Positions 25,615-34,477 of a DNA stretch of 64,000 nucleotides are shown here, in pieces. The notes below the pieces were generated by a model. That model was not told the DNA's origin, did no database searches, and worked only from the letters and a program-made list of their open reading frames with translations. The stretch lies in IMG/VR virus record IMGVR_UViG_3300045988_149975; one strand, written 5' to 3'. Both the position numbers and the translations under genes were made by a program. This DNA is from a virus. How positions within the stretch are numbered: position 1 is the stretch's first letter; the number at the start of each line of letters is the position of its first letter.

Positions 25615-27720
25615 TCAAGCCTTAAAATTGTAAATTGGCTTAATAATCTGTTTAATTTTAACAGTATCTTTAACAGCGTCTATAATCTCTTGTGCAGGTT
25701 TATATGCCATAGGTGCTTCATCAATAGTGGAATTATTAACTGATGTAGTATAAATACCATCCATAGTAGCCATATAATCTTTTAAATCAATTTTCTCTTT
25801 AGCTTCGCTACGGCTCATAATTCTACCTGCGCCATGAGGGGCAGAGAAGTTCCAATCAGGATTACCCTTACCCTCACCAATTATGCAGCCATCCCTCATA
25901 TTAAGAGGTATTACAACACTTTCTCCTGCTCTTGCAGAAATTGCGCCTTTACGAATAGTTCCATTAGCATAATAATTATGAATAGATTCTACTGTTTCAA
26001 CAGCTAACACATTAAAATGGTTTAAAATACGCTCTGCAATAGAAAGGCGGTTAAGGGAAGCAAATTCACAGGCAAGGTACATATCTTGTTTATACTCCTC
26101 TAAATATTCACCTGTAAGATGTTCTAAACCTTTAGGCAGTTTATTATCCTCTTTAAACTGAAGTAACCATTCTTGCCGTTTTTGTGGCTCAATAGTTTGA
26201 ATATGAAACTTAATCTGTTCCTTTAAATCACCTTGTATTTTTTCGGCAAGGGATTGATAATATTTTGCTACTTGATTACCAAGATTTCGTGAACCACTAT
26301 GTACTAATAACCATTGATTGCCCTCATTATCAATGTCTACTTCAATAAAATGATTGCCGCCTCCAAGCGAACCAAGAGAAAGCCTTAATCTATCAGTATC
26401 ATGAAAATGATCACAACAACGAAAAAGTTTTAAAGGGAAGTATTCCTGAATTTTCTCATTTACATCAAAACCTGAAGGAATAAACTCATTTATAAACATA
26501 TCAAGTTTTTCCAAATTTTTAATAGGTTTATTAAGTTTAACTGCAAGAATACCACAATTACCTGTAATTGATATTTTACTATTCCTTCTAATAACAAAAT
26601 AACCTGTATCAGTAGTAAAACAATACTTTAAACCATCCACAGATTTAACTGTTTCAATCTTATGTTCAGGAAATCTTACAATATCGTTTAAGGTTTCATA
26701 AACATTATATGTAGGATTCCATCCGTTATCATAAGTAATTACACTTATTCCTGCCCTAACACCACTGGCAGCAAAAGCATACTGAATTGCGTCTGCATTA
26801 CATTTAAGGGAGGTTGAAAATCTTGTTTTATTATTGCGAACAGTTCCATCCCAATACTTAATTTCGTCTATAACTACTTTTAATTCATTACTATTACATT
26901 GATAAAGAAAACTTAAATCTTTAACATACTCATTTTCAGAACCTCTAAAACGAATATTTGAAGTGCCGTCTTTCCAAACACTAATCCTGTAGTCAATACC
27001 TGCCTGCTTTAATAATTTGATAGCACGTTTAATTTTACGTTCTTTTCTAAAGTGAAGTTCAATCCACTGACTGCCATCTACATTATTATTTATATGCCCA
27101 TCAGCACTAACCATAATCATTAAACGAAGTTTAATATCTTCAATGCCTAAACCTTTAGAGTTTACATTAAAAGTGGTTTTAATACCTCCACTGATGCCCT
27201 TTTTAAGTGAGTTATGATGTTCTACAAAATCTTTTGCGGTATAATCACGAAGTTTATATCCTTTACCTTTAATGCCAATCCAAGCCAATATTTTATGTTC
27301 AGCACTAACACATTGGTCTAATCCCCCATCAGTGTTAAGGTAATAAAAATCCTCACAGGGCTTTTTAATATATAATAATGGGTGAGAAAACCTTGCACTA
27401 TCTGTATTTTTATCATAAATTAAAATCTGTTCTCCATCATATTCTGAAATCTTTTTCCAGCCGTTAGGGGTAAGAATTTCAGTATCTTTATCAAGGCAAC
27501 CAATATCTACCCCTATAACATTAGGGATTAAATATCTTACATTTGATGCAGTAAATCCCACCACACAGCCTTTTCCTGCATGATAGTCAGGCATAACGCA
27601 AATTTGCGCCCCTGAAAAAGATTTTAAGTTACAAAAATCTAAAATCTGTTCATAAGCAGTATCATCATATCTGTCAGAATAGATTATAGCGTCATTATAT
27701 TTACCTTTTACCTCAATCAT
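25615..27720 (-). CDS. rtcB: RtcB-type RNA 3'-phosphate ligase, interrupted by an intein
   Basis: Exteins QICVMPDYHAGKGCVVGF and VDIG|CGILAV match the RtcB DIGCG motif; C-terminal GGGNHF and PHGAGR motifs. The extein totals about 387 aa. Confidence 0.8.
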   Translation of the reverse strand: MIEVKGKYNDAIIYSDRYDDTAYEQILDFCNLKSFSGAQICVMPDYHAGKGCVVGFTASNVRYLIPNVIGVDIGCLDKDTEILTPNGWKKISEYDGEQILIYDKNTDSARFSHPLLYIKKPCEDFYYLNTDGGLDQCVSAEHKILAWIGIKGKGYKLRDYTAKDFVEHHNSLKKGISGGIKTTFNVNSKGLGIEDIKLRLMIMVSADGHINNNVDGSQWIELHFRKERKIKRAIKLLKQAGIDYRISVWKDGTSNIRFRGSENEYVKDLSFLYQCNSNELKVVIDEIKYWDGTVRNNKTRFSTSLKCNADAIQYAFAASGVRAGISVITYDNGWNPTYNVYETLNDIVRFPEHKIETVKSVDGLKYCFTTDTGYFVIRRNSKISITGNCGILAVKLNKPIKNLEKLDMFINEFIPSGFDVNEKIQEYFPLKLFRCCDHFHDTDRLRLSLGSLGGGNHFIEVDIDNEGNQWLLVHSGSRNLGNQVAKYYQSLAEKIQGDLKEQIKFHIQTIEPQKRQEWLLQFKEDNKLPKGLEHLTGEYLEEYKQDMYLACEFASLNRLSIAERILNHFNVLAVETVESIHNYYANGTIRKGAISARAGESVVIPLNMRDGCIIGEGKGNPDWNFSAPHGAGRIMSRSEAKEKIDLKDYMATMDGIYTTSVNNSTIDEAPMAYKPAQEIIDAVKDTVKIKQIIKPIYNFKA
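26557..27498 (-). mobile_element. intein with LAGLIDADG homing-endonuclease domain inside rtcB (about 314 aa)
   Basis: Starts CLDKDTEILTPNGW after VDIG. LAGLIDADG-like LRLMIMVSADGHI and VVIDEIKYWDGT. Ends ...ISITGN followed by Cys +1. Confidence 0.7.
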
Positions 27721-27878
27721 TTTTAACCTCCATTACAAAACAATTCGGGCAGCAAGAGGGATAAGAATTAAGTAATACTTCCCTTGTCCTTTTATCTATC
27801 ACTATTGAATAGTAAATCTCACAACCACAGTGGGGGGCAGATTTTTACATTATTTATTACTTCTTTATTATATTTCAT

Positions 27879-28026
27879 CTTATTTACCTTTTATGATAAG
27901 CACTATTAGAATTAGAACAGTAGCAGCCTTAATAACTGTTACAATATCATTTGCAATTAAAAGTACAAAAAAGTAATAAATTCCTAAAAGGGAAACAAGT
28001 ATAGAACCGAGTACATCTATAATCAT
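27879..28026 (-). CDS. small hydrophobic protein (about 49 aa), not in the ORF track
   Basis: MIIDVLGSILVSLLGIYYFFVLLIANDIVTVIKAATVLILIVLIIKGK. ATGA overlap with the upstream gene. Confidence 0.3.
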
Positions 28027-28223
28027 TTTATACCTCTTATTTCCGCTTTATCAATGCTTACTTTATAGCCATCAACTTCTGTTACCTCTCGTGGTATACA
28101 TCTGTATACTTGCCAGTCAAGCATTTCGCCAACTCTATCTATTGCTTCTTTTTCATTTTTTGCAACTACTAATATTGCACCTTCATCACTATAACCAATA
28201 TATTTAACAGAATATAATTTCAT
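28023..28223 (-). CDS. hypothetical protein
   Basis: 66-aa ORF. Confidence 0.35.
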   Translation of the reverse strand: MKLYSVKYIGYSDEGAILVVAKNEKEAIDRVGEMLDWQVYRCIPREVTEVDGYKVSIDKAEIRGIK

Positions 28224-28519
28224 TCTTTAACCTCCATTTTAGCACCACAATGAGGGCAATATCTATACCATCTTGTTGCTTCTTGCCATTCATAAGAAGC
28301 ACCACAATTAGAACATCTTGCCATTTCATTACCCACACCTTCTGTAAAGGAATAATCCCAATTAGCAGATAACTCCTGATTAGTAGTAGGGTAATTATTT
28401 AAAATCTCAATCATATTAGAAGCCATAACGTGATGGTCATAACTCCAAGTTGGACTATTTATATCACAATAAGTATCTTCTAACCATTTAATCAAATATC
28501 CCGCATTTATAAGTTTCAT
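28220..28519 (-). CDS. Zn-ribbon protein
   Basis: CSNCGASYEW...CPHCGAKM. Confidence 0.4.
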   Translation of the reverse strand: MKLINAGYLIKWLEDTYCDINSPTWSYDHHVMASNMIEILNNYPTTNQELSANWDYSFTEGVGNEMARCSNCGASYEWQEATRWYRYCPHCGAKMEVKE

Positions 28520-29130
28520 TTATCATCCATCCAATCAACAGGTAATAAATCGCTTACCTTTTTATAAAATTCAGCTTGTTCTGCTCTCCATTTATCAATG
28601 TCAAAAGTTTCTTTGGCAATAATCTGCTCATCTTCTAACATTTTATGATAATTAGGAATGAATACATCCCAGGAATATGTGTCTAATTCGCCATTTAAAG
28701 CAAGTTTAGGAAAATTATTTGCATAATAGAATTTACGTTTAAAACGCTTATCAGTGCCAAGAATTAAGTCATTAATACATACATACGCCCCAAAAAGATT
28801 AATAAAGTATACATTAAAATTTTCTGTATATCTGCTACTTAAAAACTCAATACAGTTTGTATGTAAATCTAAATGCCTTCCTTCAAACTCTCCTGCAAGA
28901 GTAAGTTGAATCATTTCTTCCATTTCTCTATGAGAATATGCCTTTTTATAGGCAGCACTTAAATGTTTAAGTCCATTATCATTCTCAATGTAATTCCAAA
29001 TAGGAAAAGGATTAACTGCATCATAATGTACATAAATACTATCTTTTGCACTACCTCTCTCAAAAATACTAATATGACTGTTATTTTCAGGGTCTACAAC
29101 TGCCAAATCAATTTTCATAAAAACCTCCAT
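28516..29130 (-). CDS. hypothetical protein
   Basis: 204-aa ORF; no firm motif. Confidence 0.4.
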   Translation of the reverse strand: MEVFMKIDLAVVDPENNSHISIFERGSAKDSIYVHYDAVNPFPIWNYIENDNGLKHLSAAYKKAYSHREMEEMIQLTLAGEFEGRHLDLHTNCIEFLSSRYTENFNVYFINLFGAYVCINDLILGTDKRFKRKFYYANNFPKLALNGELDTYSWDVFIPNYHKMLEDEQIIAKETFDIDKWRAEQAEFYKKVSDLLPVDWMDDK

Positions 29131-29338
29131 TATACTCTAATTCTAAATCTTTAACAAGTAATCCTAATATAAAAGCAGGAATTATTGCAACAGGGTATAA
29201 TTCTGCCCAAAAAGTTGTTATAATTGCTAACACATTGATTACCATAAGTAATTTAGTCATTTTCATTACCTCCTCTTTATGTTCTTATTATAGCACATAT
29301 AAAAGCGTTTGTAAAGGGGTAAAATTAAAAAAGGAAGA

Positions 29339-29968
29339 TTATTCATCTTCCTTTATCATTCTAAATGGGTTTATAAAAAATGCAATCATAGCCTTATCTA
29401 ATGTCATCTTACTATGATTAAGTTTCCATCCAAAATAAATTCTTAAATAGAATTTCCAAAACCAAGGTTTTGTGTAATAAAAACGCCACAAATAGGAATC
29501 TTTAATTTCATAGTGATGGCACTCATTATATTTAGTGTCTTTATAATCTTTAAGTGCAATAATATTCTGTGGGTTATATTCCTTACCACAAATATAATAA
29601 CTAAAGCCATAACCAGTATTTCTATAAAGCCACCATAAACGGCAGAAATACCGCTGCACCCTTTCCCAAAGTGTAAAATTCGGATTTATAATATATACTT
29701 TACCTGGTTCACAAGGGTATTTAGATTTATCCTCATATACATAGTAATAATGACTGTTATAATTATACCTAAAAATTTTAGGCACTATACCTTCTGTAAC
29801 CATCCATTCTACATCTAATGTATTATCATAGGTCTGCCATAATTTGAAAATTTTAGGCAGCCTGCCCCTTTCATCTGCAAACAACACAACAATAGGATTA
29901 GTGAAATAACAAAGTATAGTAAATGCAAAATCAGCAATTACATAAAGAAACCATCTAATATATTTCAA
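29339..29968 (-). CDS. hypothetical Tyr/Trp-rich protein with N-terminal TM segment
   Basis: 209-aa ORF. Confidence 0.4.
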   Translation of the reverse strand: MKYIRWFLYVIADFAFTILCYFTNPIVVLFADERGRLPKIFKLWQTYDNTLDVEWMVTEGIVPKIFRYNYNSHYYYVYEDKSKYPCEPGKVYIINPNFTLWERVQRYFCRLWWLYRNTGYGFSYYICGKEYNPQNIIALKDYKDTKYNECHHYEIKDSYLWRFYYTKPWFWKFYLRIYFGWKLNHSKMTLDKAMIAFFINPFRMIKEDE

Positions 29969-30207
29969 GAATTATTCTCCTTCCATTTTAAATAATCTTC
30001 TTGTTTAATAGAGTATATATTAGTATAGCCACATTTTGAACATACAATTTTGAAATAATATACCCCATCTATAAGATTTTCAACAAAATTAAATGTATGA
30101 TTGCAATTCCTCTTCCAACTCGACACGCTTATTACGTTTGTAAGGTTTTTTAGAGGAATGGACTCTTGTATAAGGTTTAATACTTCCCCAATCCTTTCTT
30201 TTTTCAT
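29965..30207 (-). CDS. Zn-ribbon protein
   Basis: C...CSKCGYTN. Confidence 0.35.
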   Translation of the reverse strand: MKKERIGEVLNLIQESIPLKNLTNVISVSSWKRNCNHTFNFVENLIDGVYYFKIVCSKCGYTNIYSIKQEDYLKWKENNS

Positions 30208-30261
30208 TATAATATTCCTTTCTATCTTTTTTACTGCGCTTATCTATTGAAATAAACATAA

Positions 30262-30495
30262 TTAACCTCTTTTCGGCGGCATTATATACGATTCACGATT
30301 ATGTATCACGGCTGTTATTAATTTGTTAAATACTTCATTGGCAACATCTCTATTATATTGTCCAAGACAATAAACATTGCCACTTTTAGAATAACTATAA
30401 ATATTAGTATAATAAGAACTTTGTTCAGTAATTTTTATGGATTCAATATTATCTGCATTTATAGCCATTTGTTTATCTTGTGTTATAATATACAT
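30262..30495 (-). CDS. hypothetical protein, tandem paralogue
   Basis: Similar to the next ORF (…TQ…NADNIESI… vs …TQEGSIVNANSIAEF…). Confidence 0.35.
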   Translation of the reverse strand: MYIITQDKQMAINADNIESIKITEQSSYYTNIYSYSKSGNVYCLGQYNRDVANEVFNKLITAVIHNRESYIMPPKRG

Positions 30496-30496
30496 T

Positions 30497-30709
30497 CTAA
30501 TCCTCCACTACAAATACTGCGTCATCTCTTACTAAAGCGTTGAATAGACTGTTAAGAACCTTTCTTGCTTTTACGGAATTATTTCTATAATCAGCAATTA
30601 CAATCCTTGTATCATCATTGAAATAAGCATTTACATATCCATTAAATTCGGCAAATTCTGCAATAGAATTAGCATTTACAATGCTGCCTTCTTGCGTTTT
30701 AATCCACAT
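30497..30709 (-). CDS. hypothetical protein, tandem paralogue
   Basis: See previous entry. Confidence 0.35.
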   Translation of the reverse strand: MWIKTQEGSIVNANSIAEFAEFNGYVNAYFNDDTRIVIADYRNNSVKARKVLNSLFNALVRDDAVFVVED

Positions 30710-30711
30710 AA

Positions 30712-31413
30712 TTAATCCTCCAATTTCATAATTCTATTATATAATACATAGAATGGTTTATAAACTACATCTAAATGGTAATGCCCCATAAACCATTTCC
30801 ACTTTTTCCCTGCTATGTGGGCATACAATAATTCCAAATTCTTGCAGCTTTCATCAACCTCATTAGGATTAAAAGGAATATTCTCATTTAAGAAAATTTT
30901 ATTACGAATGGAAAGTGGTGCGCAATGAGAAATTACATAATCAATATTATTACTGTTTTTAATTGCTTTATTTACTGCTTTAATTGATACCCTCTCATCA
31001 CGCCACCAATTTTTACCTTCAGTGCGATATTGTTTATCAAAACTTTCCGCACCTCCAATAAAAAGAAAACGCTTTCCATTAATCTTCAATACTTCCCCAT
31101 CAACTACACGATAACACTTTTCAGTGATTTTTTGTACTTTACCACCATAAAGTTCGGTAATAGGGAAAGCGGAATAGCGGGGAAAATTTTCATGATTCCC
31201 TGTTATAAATAACATAGTACACTTAATAGTTTTCATAAGTAAGTCTAATTCTTTACGTTCTACATTATAAAATTCGGGGCGAGTTTCCCAAACATATCCA
31301 AAATCGCCGCAGACAATAAGAACATCATCCTCTTTAACTTCAGTGATAAAAGGAAGTTTTAAAAGTTTTTTAGTATCTAACCCGCCATGTAAATCACCTG
31401 TAACATAAATCAT
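30712..31413 (-). CDS. PPP-family Ser/Thr (lambda-type) metallophosphatase
   Basis: YVTGDLHG, CGDFGYVWE, GNHE. Confidence 0.65.
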   Translation of the reverse strand: MIYVTGDLHGGLDTKKLLKLPFITEVKEDDVLIVCGDFGYVWETRPEFYNVERKELDLLMKTIKCTMLFITGNHENFPRYSAFPITELYGGKVQKITEKCYRVVDGEVLKINGKRFLFIGGAESFDKQYRTEGKNWWRDERVSIKAVNKAIKNSNNIDYVISHCAPLSIRNKIFLNENIPFNPNEVDESCKNLELLYAHIAGKKWKWFMGHYHLDVVYKPFYVLYNRIMKLED

Positions 31414-31585
31414 CTAATATCACTTTCCTCAATTTTATCATGAAAACCATCAGAATATCTAATAATGTAGGAGAATGGACTACTACCTATATTAACAGAG
31501 ATAATTTCTGCCTTTTCAGGCTTACCCTTATAGACTGTATTAAGTTTATCCCCTACATTAAACCTACTTTTAAATATTTTTTCCA

Positions 31586-31774
31586 TTATCTGCCCCCCAA
31601 GTTACTTTCAGGAAACCAACTACGCTCACGATTTTTCTTTTCACAAAGATAACAAAAGCAGCCCATATCTTTATTCCATTCTACATCTACAACAGTACAA
31701 GGTACTTCTGAATTAAAATGCTTTACAATAACTTTATCACCAGTATCAAACTTACTTGTTACTTCAAATTTCAT
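31586..31774 (-). CDS. hypothetical small protein (KFDxGDKV motif family)
   Basis: The SKFDTGDKV motif is shared with 34070..34477. Confidence 0.35.
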   Translation of the reverse strand: MKFEVTSKFDTGDKVIVKHFNSEVPCTVVDVEWNKDMGCFCYLCEKKNRERSWFPESNLGGR

Positions 31775-32171
31775 ATTAGCACCTCAACAATCCGCTATAA
31801 TTTCAAGAACACTTTTGTTTTCAATGTAATCATCTTCGGCGGCTCTTAATTTATAAATACCAACTTGATCGCCATCAATATTGATTACCAATTCCATATC
31901 GTCAGGAATCCTCACTTCCTCTAATATTTTCTTTAACATACCTACTGTAAACATTATTCTCCGCCCCCAACTAATAGAATATTTACAGGCATATCCGCAC
32001 CTCTATGAATTACAGCTACTTTAGTTAAAGGAAAGTCATCATCCAAACATTCAGAAGTGGAAACTGTAACTTCAGATTTTTCATTATATTGGTCTAAAAT
32101 ATCAACCAAATCTTTAATTTTCATCTTATCTCCTCCTTATGTATTAAGTATAGCATATAATATTTAATTTG

Positions 32172-32408
32172 TCAATCTTTTATAAAAATAAAAATCAACA
32201 AAAAGATAATGGATATAAGCCCTAAAATAAATGGTGCAATTACAAAAAGCCATCCATAAGGAAAAACGCCCAAAAGTTTTATAATACCTAAAATAATACT
32301 TAATAAAGCGCAGATAAGATAAAAGAGTAAAGTTCTTTTAAAAACCTTTTCAAAGAATGTATACATACCTACTTGCACCTCTCCATTAACATCTTTATTA
32401 CTATTCAC
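32172..32408 (-). CDS. small membrane protein
   Basis: Two hydrophobic helices. Confidence 0.4.
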   Translation of the reverse strand: MNSNKDVNGEVQVGMYTFFEKVFKRTLLFYLICALLSIILGIIKLLGVFPYGWLFVIAPFILGLISIIFLLIFIFIKD

Positions 32409-32410
32409 TC

Positions 32411-32791
32411 CTACTCTCCTAAATACTTTTTCCTCAAAACAGGTAAGGCAGCTTCACACTCCTCTTTTGTTTTAAATGCCATACCAGCCTCTTTTAAAGC
32501 AAAATCTGACGAATAACCTTCCCAAAAAGCAACATCTACACATTTAAAATAGGCAGAAGGACGGTAATATATGTCACCTTTTCTTGGCTGCCACGGAAGT
32601 TTAACAATTTTACATTCACCTTTTATTAAATCAAAGAACTGATATTCGGCGGGCAACCAGGCTCCATCACATTGGAAACACAATCCGTTTTTAAAAAATC
32701 TATAAACTTTATCTGAACTATCAATCATAAATTCTTCTTCAAGTTCCACACCAAGCATTTTTGCTACATCTTGCATATAGTTTTTAGCCAT
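32411..32791 (-). CDS. hypothetical protein, paralogue of 24705..25127
   Basis: See 24705..25127. Confidence 0.45.
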   Translation of the reverse strand: MAKNYMQDVAKMLGVELEEEFMIDSSDKVYRFFKNGLCFQCDGAWLPAEYQFFDLIKGECKIVKLPWQPRKGDIYYRPSAYFKCVDVAFWEGYSSDFALKEAGMAFKTKEECEAALPVLRKKYLGE

Positions 32792-32956
32792 AATTACTCC
32801 TCCACTATTTCATAATCATAATCAACACTTTCATTAAAAATCTCTTCTGCCATTTGTTCAGCTTCATAATCATCTACTTCATCATCAATTTCAAATTCTA
32901 CACTCTTATGAGTTCCACCGAAAGAAGTATAAATATTTACTTTTAATTTTTTCATT

Positions 32957-33193
32957 CTAATCTACCTCAATCTTAAACTGTTTCATTATTTCATTTGTAA
33001 GAATGTATACATTACCAAAATTATCCCTCATCATATAATCAGTATAAGTTGTAATAACTTTCTCCTGTTTAGTATGATTAAAACTTGAAAATGCCTTTGC
33101 TTCATAGATTTTATCCTTTGTAAAGAAAGCAGAATCTACTTTACATTTAAGCGTTAAGTATTTTGTATAATAGGAAAATCTTGAAGGAATCAT
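32957..33193 (-). CDS. hypothetical protein
   Basis: 78-aa ORF. Confidence 0.35.
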   Translation of the reverse strand: MIPSRFSYYTKYLTLKCKVDSAFFTKDKIYEAKAFSSFNHTKQEKVITTYTDYMMRDNFGNVYILTNEIMKQFKIEVD

Positions 33194-33636
33194 AAGTTTT
33201 TCAACTCCCTTGCTGTTTCCACAATAGACTGCATTAAAGTTTGTAATCCACTTTTAGAAATTTCACCTATATAGCTTACACCTCTATCTACTAATGCACC
33301 TGTACTGTCTACTACAGCATTGATGTTGTCAGGGGTAACATAAGAAGCAATAATCATTTTATAAACAGTATCTTGGTCAGGAATAAAAATCATCCCTAAT
33401 CCGCATACTACTAACATGGAAATGCCTGTACAAATCCCTCTCCACTGCATCTTTGCAAGTTTTTCATCTGTTCTTGTTACCCATGTATCATTAGTATAAA
33501 TTTCCTTGTCTTTATCTATCATAAAAGCAAAGAATGTAATCATCATTCCAAGGCAAAATAGTAGTCCGCAAGCTGATTGAATTTTCGGCAATAAATCAAC
33601 AAAATAGAAAAGCCAAGGTGAAATAATAGGCTGCAT
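33190..33636 (-). CDS. membrane protein
   Basis: Three predicted TM helices. Confidence 0.4.
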   Translation of the reverse strand: MQPIISPWLFYFVDLLPKIQSACGLLFCLGMMITFFAFMIDKDKEIYTNDTWVTRTDEKLAKMQWRGICTGISMLVVCGLGMIFIPDQDTVYKMIIASYVTPDNINAVVDSTGALVDRGVSYIGEISKSGLQTLMQSIVETARELKNL

Positions 33637-33639
33637 AAT

Positions 33640-34068
33640 TTATTCTCCTTTCAAGTCCCTTTGTAATGTTTTATAAATTTCCTCTGCTTTCTTAACTATT
33701 TCACTATTTGATAAATGTGAGGTATCTTTAAATACCAACCCCAAAGCAAGCATTAATAAATCTTTTGAATCATTATAACGAAAAGAGCCTTTACTCAATT
33801 CAATATTACCTTTAAACATTCCTGCATATACAACTATCTCACCCTCTTTAGGTTTCCAGTTAGATATTACTTCAATTTCCCCGCTTAAAATTTGTTTAAG
33901 GAAATAGGAAGTCATACTAACCCCTATATTATCTGCTTCAAAAATACCATTACTTTTTAAAACATAAGCACCAAGAGGTCTATCATGTGAAAGAACAGTA
34001 AAAGGTTTATCAAACTCTATATCAAAAGTTCTGCTGAACCACTCTAAAAAGCTACCTAAATAATTCAT
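33640..34068 (-). CDS. hypothetical protein
   Basis: 142-aa ORF. Confidence 0.4.
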   Translation of the reverse strand: MNYLGSFLEWFSRTFDIEFDKPFTVLSHDRPLGAYVLKSNGIFEADNIGVSMTSYFLKQILSGEIEVISNWKPKEGEIVVYAGMFKGNIELSKGSFRYNDSKDLLMLALGLVFKDTSHLSNSEIVKKAEEIYKTLQRDLKGE

Positions 34069-34069
34069 A

Positions 34070-34477
34070 TTAATTCTCCTTATATTTCCTCAAAGTAATA
34101 GAAGTTTTACCATCTGAAAATACATATTCATCATAATTATTAGCAGTGTTCACAGAAATTAAAGGCAAATCAAAATCAATATCTCCCTCAATACAAACAT
34201 TATATTCTGCACCTAATATAAAGGGGTAAAGTGAATCAGCAGGTTCAATCCAATCTTCCTCAATATGCTTACAGTCTTGCCCATTCTCAAATTTAACTCT
34301 GTAAACAAATCTATCATCTTCATAGGCTGTAAATACTACTTCACCTATATCTCCCTTGTTTATTAAAGAATCTTTTACAAAGGTTTTACAAATTCTTACT
34401 TTATCACCATTGTCGAATTTACTTTCTTTAACGATTCTCATTCTTAAACAACTCCTTAAAAATATAATACAGTACAT
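34070..34477 (-). CDS. hypothetical protein (KFDxGDKV motif family)
   Basis: SKFDNGDKVRI. Confidence 0.35.
   Translation of the reverse strand: MYCIIFLRSCLRMRIVKESKFDNGDKVRICKTFVKDSLINKGDIGEVVFTAYEDDRFVYRVKFENGQDCKHIEEDWIEPADSLYPFILGAEYNVCIEGDIDFDLPLISVNTANNYDEYVFSDGKTSITLRKYKEN

Noticed and set aside
28516-29130. Ribonucleotide reductase small subunit or ferritin-like diiron protein (ExxH-like EFEGRHLDLH)
   Set aside because: At 204 aa it is too short for R2, and no second ExxH or carboxylate set could be aligned. Left as hypothetical.
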